This document shows, piece after piece, positions 27,607 to 32,000 of a DNA stretch of 32,000 nt. The stretch's first letter is position 1. Each line of letters opens with the position of its first letter. This DNA comes from Okeania sp. Lineage in GTDB: Bacteria; Cyanobacteriota; Cyanobacteriia; Cyanobacteriales; Microcoleaceae. The position numbers were made by a program, and so were the translations under genes. Location: the NCBI RefSeq assembly GCF_035285525.1, contig NZ_JAYKGW010000186.1, positions 20,671-52,670 on the forward strand, in the 5' to 3' direction. Below the pieces are notes generated by a model. It saw only the letters and a list, made by a program, of their open reading frames with translations. It was not told where the DNA came from and did not search any database.

Positions 27607-28293
27607 ATGCTTATAATGAATAATAATCAACTTAATAATTCTTTAGATATAATTTTACAAAAATATAGCCAATCTTTTGCCAGCAAAGTATTTCCTCAAG
27701 AGTCTTTAGAGGCAGATGATTTGATGCTTGTATTTGGATTAAATCAAGAAATTAAAGCTAGAAATAAACAATATTGGGGAAGAGAACTAGGAATGTGTTG
27801 GGAAAGAATAGTTAAAGAAATTTGTAGACAAACTTGCTATCATTTTAATGAAGCTATTCGAGATGGTCATTTCAGTTATCAGTTATCAGTTATCAGTACC
27901 TCGTAGTTGTTGCCAGAAACTTGAAATACTGAAGTTAATTTTTTTTCATTCCCTTAAAAGGGGAGACTTTAGACCAAATTTTTCGATAATGATGAATTAT
28001 GTGACTTTATCGTTGGGTTAGATACAATAGATACAAAATATAGAATTGGTTCAGGAGATTCAGGAACTCTCAAGAAATTCAGGCAGTATGCAGCTAGACT
28101 AAATACTCTAGGATATAATCCTGTTTTACTAATACTCAGAAATGATAGCTTGAGGCAAACTATCAATACTTGTTCTATAGCAGGTTGGCAAGTAATGTCA
28201 GGAAATGATACCTTTAATTACATAAATAAAACTACAGGATTTGACTTAAAAGTATGGTTACAAAATAGAAGACATTTATATAGTATTCAGTAA
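27607..28293 (+). pseudogene. Putative type II restriction endonuclease (PD-(D/E)xK-like) interrupted by a roughly 105-nt repeat insertion
   Basis: The first half (27607-27867) ends ...CYHFNEAIRDG. Then come the heptamer repeat and a hairpin carrying four in-frame stops. The same frame reopens at 27973 without any start codon for 106 codons: TKFFDNDELCDFIVGLDTIDTKYRIGSGDSGTLKKF...VWLQNRRHLYSIQ*. The segment D..(x9)..DTK is nuclease-motif-like. The gene sits immediately downstream of the methyltransferase. Confidence 0.65.
27868..27972. repeat. Insertion: (CAGTTAT)x3 STRR plus a cccttaaaagggg hairpin
   Basis: ttcagttatcagttatcagtacctc also occurs (reverse complement) at 4148-4175. tttt.at.cccttaaaaggggag also occurs at 4657-4679, inside the disrupted xisH. 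Confidence 0.65.
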
Positions 28294-28294
28294 T

Positions 28295-28349
28295 TAATGT
28301 TGGAAATTTGTATTAATTTACTAATATTTCATAAACAGTAAAAGTTACA
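28295..28349 (-). pseudogene. 3'-terminal remnant of a Uma2 gene
   Basis: aatatttcataaacagtaaaagttaca (28323-28349) matches the 3' end of the Uma2 gene at 30311-30337 at 25/27, and also 23545-23571. Confidence 0.6.
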
Positions 28350-28376
28350 GGCGATCGCTTCTTCAAATCCATCAAA

Positions 28377-29007
28377 TTAATTTTTTTCATATTCGATTAT
28401 TTCCAATAAACAACGATAGAAAACTTGAAAACTTTTTGAGGTATTTTCTGTAGGATTCATGTGGGGTGAAATATCTCTAGCAGCTCTCAATTTTTCTAAT
28501 CCTCCTTGATGATAACCTTTTCCTTGAAGCACTTTTTCTAAAGCTTCCCAAGTACCACCTTTAATGTCATCTGGGTCACGATATTTAGCATTTTGACTGA
28601 GACTTTTAGATACTTTAGGATAAGCTTTAGTCAAAGCTGGAATATCTCCAAAAAACCAAGCTTCTAATTCTTCAATCATAATTCTATTAATTAATTGATA
28701 TTTATTTTTACTTTGACTATTTGCCAGAGATTTTGTGAAAAATCCAGCTTTGATAGCAATTTATTCTAACTGTTGTTTCAATTTTTGACAATCTTGATTA
28801 TCTCTATCTAATAAAACTATAATTATCCAATCATTAGGTATCCATTTTTTATATCCTTTTAACCGTCCTGGTAGCTTAGAAAGTAAATCTTGTTTACCCT
28901 GAAAAGAGTGGGTATCAAAACTTATCAAATCACCCATAATTTTTGGTAATAAGTTACAGAGAGTTTGCTTCGTTGAAAAAATCTTCCACTAGAAATTCAA
29001 TATGCAC
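28377..29007 (-). pseudogene. DUF4276-family protein (Toprim-like by inference), with a frameshift in the 28976-28981 run and TAA at 28761-28763
   Basis: It reads VHIEFLVEDF, then frameshift, then STKQTLCNLLPKIMGDLISFDTHSFQGKQDLLSKLPGRLKGYKKWIPNDWIIIVLLDRDNQDCQKLKQQLE*IAIKAGFFTKSLANSQSKNKYQLINRIMIEELEAWFFGD.... Confidence 0.8.
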
Positions 29008-29029
29008 TCGTTAGTTACTCCTATAATCA

Positions 29030-30253
29030 CTAATTTCTAGCTTGATTTTTACGCGGTGCGCCTTGATTTTTTAAAGGATTTCCAAATTCAAATTGGTCTT
29101 CCATCCATAAATTACCTAAAGATGCACCTTGCTCAATAAATTCTTTAATACCTAGCATTTCGCTAGCACGTTTAGCCTGAGTATAACCATTTTCATCTCG
29201 GTAAAGTATCCATAATTCTTGGGATCTAATCCCATCAATAAAAAATGGAGAATGAGTTGTTACCATAAGTTGAGTATTAGCTGAAGCTGCACGACATTCT
29301 TCAGCAAGTTCCGGTAATAAACGAGGATGCAAATGATTTTCTGGTTCTTCAATACCAATAAGTTGTGGTGGTTCTGGGTCATGTAAAAAAGTGAGATAAG
29401 CTAACATTTTTAAAGTACCATCAGAGGCAAATTTTGCTAAGATTGGTGTAGCAAAAGGAGCATCTTTTATTTGTAATAAAAGTCTGCCATCTTGCATCAT
29501 TGAAGCTTCAACATTTTCTAAACGAGGAACTCGACAAGAAAGAATATTAAGAATTTTTTCGAGTCGTTCTGGATGCTGTTCACTAAGATATTGAATAACA
29601 TTAGGTAAATTATCACCTGTTGATGATAATCTTTCTTGGGCACCAGCTTCAGGAGTGGTGCGAGTATTATCTGCACTTAAATAGGAAAGATGCCAACCTG
29701 TAATAAATTTTCTCAAGGCACTAACACGAGGATGTTTAGCAAATTGTCCGAGGGTACTTACTGCTAAAAATTCAGCAGATTCTAACTTTTCATCTATACG
29801 TTCATCTTTTTCATCAGGCATTTCTCCAGTAATTACTTTTCCTTCCCCTTCTTTAAAGTTTAAAAACTTAAAAATTCCTCCTCTTTTTCCTCTTCTCCAT
29901 TGTAGCCATTCTTCGGCAACATAAGGACCTTTTGTTCTTTCCGCAATGGCAAGATGATATACAATTAAAGGAGAGTCTTTTGTTTCTCGATATTTAAGTT
30001 CAAATACTATATTTCCTTCAGAATCTCTAGTTCTTAATTCTCTAAATCTACCCCTTTTTTCCCAAGCTTTCCTGAGTCCATCTGTAAAACATTCCGATAA
30101 AAATGCAAAGACATCAAATATGGTAGATTTACCACTACCATTAGGACCTAAAAATACAGTTAATGGAGTTATTTTTTTTAGCTCTAAATCACGCAAAGCG
30201 CGATAGTTTTGCACTCGTAGATATTCAATTCTGGGAATAGATTGTTTAGCCAT
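29030..30253 (-). CDS. ABC/AAA_21-type ATPase (OLD/AriA/GajA-like N-terminal ATPase architecture)
   Basis: Walker A is [13 protein letters not shown]. Walker B/D-loop is [15 protein letters not shown]. The H-loop is [11 protein letters not shown]. The start [17 protein letters not shown] is typical of this family. The ORF is intact at 407 aa. Confidence 0.88.
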   Translation of the reverse strand: MAKQSIPRIEYLRVQNYRALRDLELKKITPLTVFLGPNGSGKSTIFDVFAFLSECFTDGLRKAWEKRGRFRELRTRDSEGNIVFELKYRETKDSPLIVYHLAIAERTKGPYVAEEWLQWRRGKRGGIFKFLNFKEGEGKVITGEMPDEKDERIDEKLESAEFLAVSTLGQFAKHPRVSALRKFITGWHLSYLSADNTRTTPEAGAQERLSSTGDNLPNVIQYLSEQHPERLEKILNILSCRVPRLENVEASMMQDGRLLLQIKDAPFATPILAKFASDGTLKMLAYLTFLHDPEPPQLIGIEEPENHLHPRLLPELAEECRAASANTQLMVTTHSPFFIDGIRSQELWILYRDENGYTQAKRASEMLGIKEFIEQGASLGNLWMEDQFEFGNPLKNQGAPRKNQARN

Positions 30254-30297
30254 TATTTTAGTTTAACTTTACTTTTTTGATCCGATTTTTTTACGGC

Positions 30298-30864
30298 TCA
30301 AGATTCTCCCAATATTTCATCAACAGTAAAAGTTGCATTAGGCAAAGCTTGAATTTTCACAGTTTCACCCCTTTGAAAATTCTGCACAATTTCATAACCA
30401 TTTGCAGTAGGTTTTCGGTAAACTTCCAGACATTCTTGAGTTAGATTTACTAACCAAACTTCAACAATATTATTCTCAGCATACAAAGGAACTTTTACTT
30501 CTCTGTCATATTTAATTGTTGTATCTGAAACCTCTATCAGGAGAAATACATTTTCTGGTTGAGGATGTTGAGTCCGATACAAACTTGGCCCTCGTTGCAG
30601 CACACTGATATCTGGTTCTGGTTCAGAATTATCGTTCAATCTTATAGGATCTTGAATCCCAACAGTAACAGTCTTTGCTAAACCCAAAATGAAAAGTTCG
30701 GCAAGATGTTTCACACAATTTGCGTGACGAATACCAACTGGGGACATTTTGATAATTTCTCCTCGGATTAGTTCTACTCGTTTATTTTCAGTTAAAATTC
30801 CTGCTTCCAGCATTTTATAATAGTCGTCTACAGTAAATAGTTGTCGCAATAATTCTACAGACAT
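30298..30864 (-). CDS. Uma2-family (DUF820) PD-(D/E)xK endonuclease
   Basis: 188 aa, a paralog of 23534..24097. It lies 44 nt upstream of the ATPase start on the same strand. Confidence 0.9.
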   Translation of the reverse strand: MSVELLRQLFTVDDYYKMLEAGILTENKRVELIRGEIIKMSPVGIRHANCVKHLAELFILGLAKTVTVGIQDPIRLNDNSEPEPDISVLQRGPSLYRTQHPQPENVFLLIEVSDTTIKYDREVKVPLYAENNIVEVWLVNLTQECLEVYRKPTANGYEIVQNFQRGETVKIQALPNATFTVDEILGES

Positions 30865-30870
30865 TACAGA

Positions 30871-30876
30871 CTCCTT
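30871..30876 (-). promoter_or_regulatory. Shine-Dalgarno AAGGAG, 6 nt upstream of the Uma2 ATG
   Basis: The minus strand reads aaggagtctgtaATG, within the 22-nt spacer after the ATP-grasp stop. Confidence 0.5.
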
Positions 30877-30886
30877 GAAAATAACT

Positions 30887-31792
30887 TTAACTTGTTAATA
30901 ACTCTATCAAATTTTGAGTTATCGGACAACCTGTTTGCTTTTCAAAATGAAGAAACATCGGACTAAAATTCGCCTCTAGAAAAATATATTCTCCATTAGG
31001 TTGCAATCGCCAATCAATACCAGTCCATTTTAAACCGAATGCTTTAGTAATAGTTAAACATTGTTTTTTAATATCCTTCGGTGTTTCTAAATAGATTAAT
31101 TTTGCTTGTTTATCTTCCCGAAAATCTAAAGAACTACTCCTAATTTCAGCAGAATAAACTTTTTCCCCAATAACGTAACTGCGAATATTTGTACCAGGAA
31201 TATATTCTTGAATAGTTACAGGAGAAATGCTTAAAGCTAAATTCATTCGATTAATTTCTAAATGTTCTTTCGTTAAAAACTGAGCATGAGAACCACCATA
31301 AACAGGTTTAAAAATTACCTCCGAATAAGATTGATAAAAATTGAGAATTTCCTCCGCATCATTAGTTACTAATGTCGCTGGAATATTCACACCTATTTTA
31401 TTAGCCAAACTTAATTGCAATGGTTTCTCTTTATGAAATTGGTAAGCTTCCCAATCATTCACCCATTTCTCTGGTTTTGAGCGCATAAAAGAACGTAACA
31501 AACTAATAGAATCATTTATTGCTATTGTGTTTGGATATGAATTAGTTGATTTAGGAACATTTACTCCAGAAAAAGTCCGCCAGAAAATTTTATTGATATC
31601 TGCTAAATCCCATTTTTTACCATCTGGAAATGTTAAACATCCTGTCTGAATAATAGGTTGCCAAGATATTTTTAATTTAGTCGGAAATAAACGAGTATCT
31701 AAATATTCAACAGTTATTCCTTTTTCTATCAGAGATTGTTTTAAATGAGCAGCATGAATATCTTCACTACTACTCAAAATTAAAATTTTCAT
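30887..31792 (-). CDS. ATP-grasp enzyme resembling MvdC/MvdD/MdnC-type ribosomal-peptide (graspetide) maturases
   Basis: The pattern matches my memory of MdnC: N-terminal ILILSS..D.....L...L..KG..V.YLDTRLFPT, then HKEKPLQLSLANKIGVNIPATLVTNDAEEILNF, PVTIQEYIPG.NIRSYVIGEKVYSAEI, DFRED, and GEYIFLEANFSPMFLHFEKQTGCPI. Confidence 0.75.
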   Translation of the reverse strand: MKILILSSSEDIHAAHLKQSLIEKGITVEYLDTRLFPTKLKISWQPIIQTGCLTFPDGKKWDLADINKIFWRTFSGVNVPKSTNSYPNTIAINDSISLLRSFMRSKPEKWVNDWEAYQFHKEKPLQLSLANKIGVNIPATLVTNDAEEILNFYQSYSEVIFKPVYGGSHAQFLTKEHLEINRMNLALSISPVTIQEYIPGTNIRSYVIGEKVYSAEIRSSSLDFREDKQAKLIYLETPKDIKKQCLTITKAFGLKWTGIDWRLQPNGEYIFLEANFSPMFLHFEKQTGCPITQNLIELLTS

Positions 31793-32000
31793 AATTTAAT
31801 TAACTGGCTACATCTCAATTTTAATTAAAGCCAAGATTTATTGCTATTAAGGAACCGGGAACAGGTATGAAAAAAATAGATATAGAAGAAATCAAGTATT
31901 TTGGCAAATATGAAATCCACCCAATTAACTAAACAAAATTAATCCTCAAATTATCTAGAGATGGTAAGTTTTCTATAATCGCAATTAAATCTCCCGATTG

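Noticed and set aside
4161-27897. Heptamer tandem repeats considered as a possible CRISPR array
   Set aside because: The units are 7 nt, directly tandem, and have no spacers. They are scattered singly in intergenic regions. This is STRR-type microsatellite, not CRISPR.
27969-28166. Minus-strand 65-aa ORF
   Set aside because: It is antisense to the start-less 106-codon plus-strand frame. That frame is in phase with the upstream REase half and is paralogous at its 3' end to 23458-23514.
31867-31932. 21-codon plus-strand ORF annotated as a graspetide precursor gene
   Set aside because: It is kept only as a hypothesis in the findings. It lies on the opposite strand to the ligase, has no Thr/Ser acceptor residues and no clear RBS, and overlaps the end of a minus-strand frame.
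1-32000. Scan for tRNA, rRNA or tmRNA genes
   Set aside because: No T-loop (GGTTCGAAT-like) or acceptor-stem pattern and no rRNA-like conserved block was seen by eye. Absence cannot be proven without tRNAscan/Infernal.

Overview
The window looks like a chromosomal segment of a filamentous, AT-rich Nostocales-type cyanobacterium. The evidence is about 16 copies of the HIP1 octamer GCGATCGC, heptamer STRR-like tandem repeats in many intergenic regions, xisH/xisI and Uma2 (DUF820) genes, and DUF1400 and TM-helix-repeat proteins. All product calls come from motifs I recognise in the translations; no searches were run. From 1 to about 19.4 kb the content is mostly core genes: a multi-domain SurE-like protein, mutL, a SirB1-like protein, a DUF1400 protein, an SRPBCC protein, a TM-helix-repeat membrane protein, a GTPase-DUF697 protein and murF. 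Decayed accessory genes sit among them: a higB pseudogene next to intact higA, an xisH/xisI pair broken up by small repeat insertions, and a frameshifted TnpB-only IS. From about 19.4 to 32 kb the region is accessory and mosaic. It holds an AT-rich islet (membrane/DUF1294 genes, a frameshifted HNH endonuclease), an amino-DNA-methyltransferase whose partner restriction endonuclease is interrupted by a roughly 105-nt repeat insertion, and two full Uma2 endonuclease paralogs plus several Uma2 fragments. It also holds a co-directional cluster: ATP-grasp (graspetide-maturase-like), then Uma2, then an ABC/AAA_21-type ATPase, then DUF4276 (Toprim-like by my reading). The ATPase-DUF4276 pair resembles split OLD/PARIS-type ATPase-nuclease defence modules and is the best candidate for an undescribed system. 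However, its DUF4276 partner carries a frameshift and a nonsense codon. A second, internally deleted copy of the cassette lies 5.5 kb away. No rRNA, tRNA or CRISPR array was seen.
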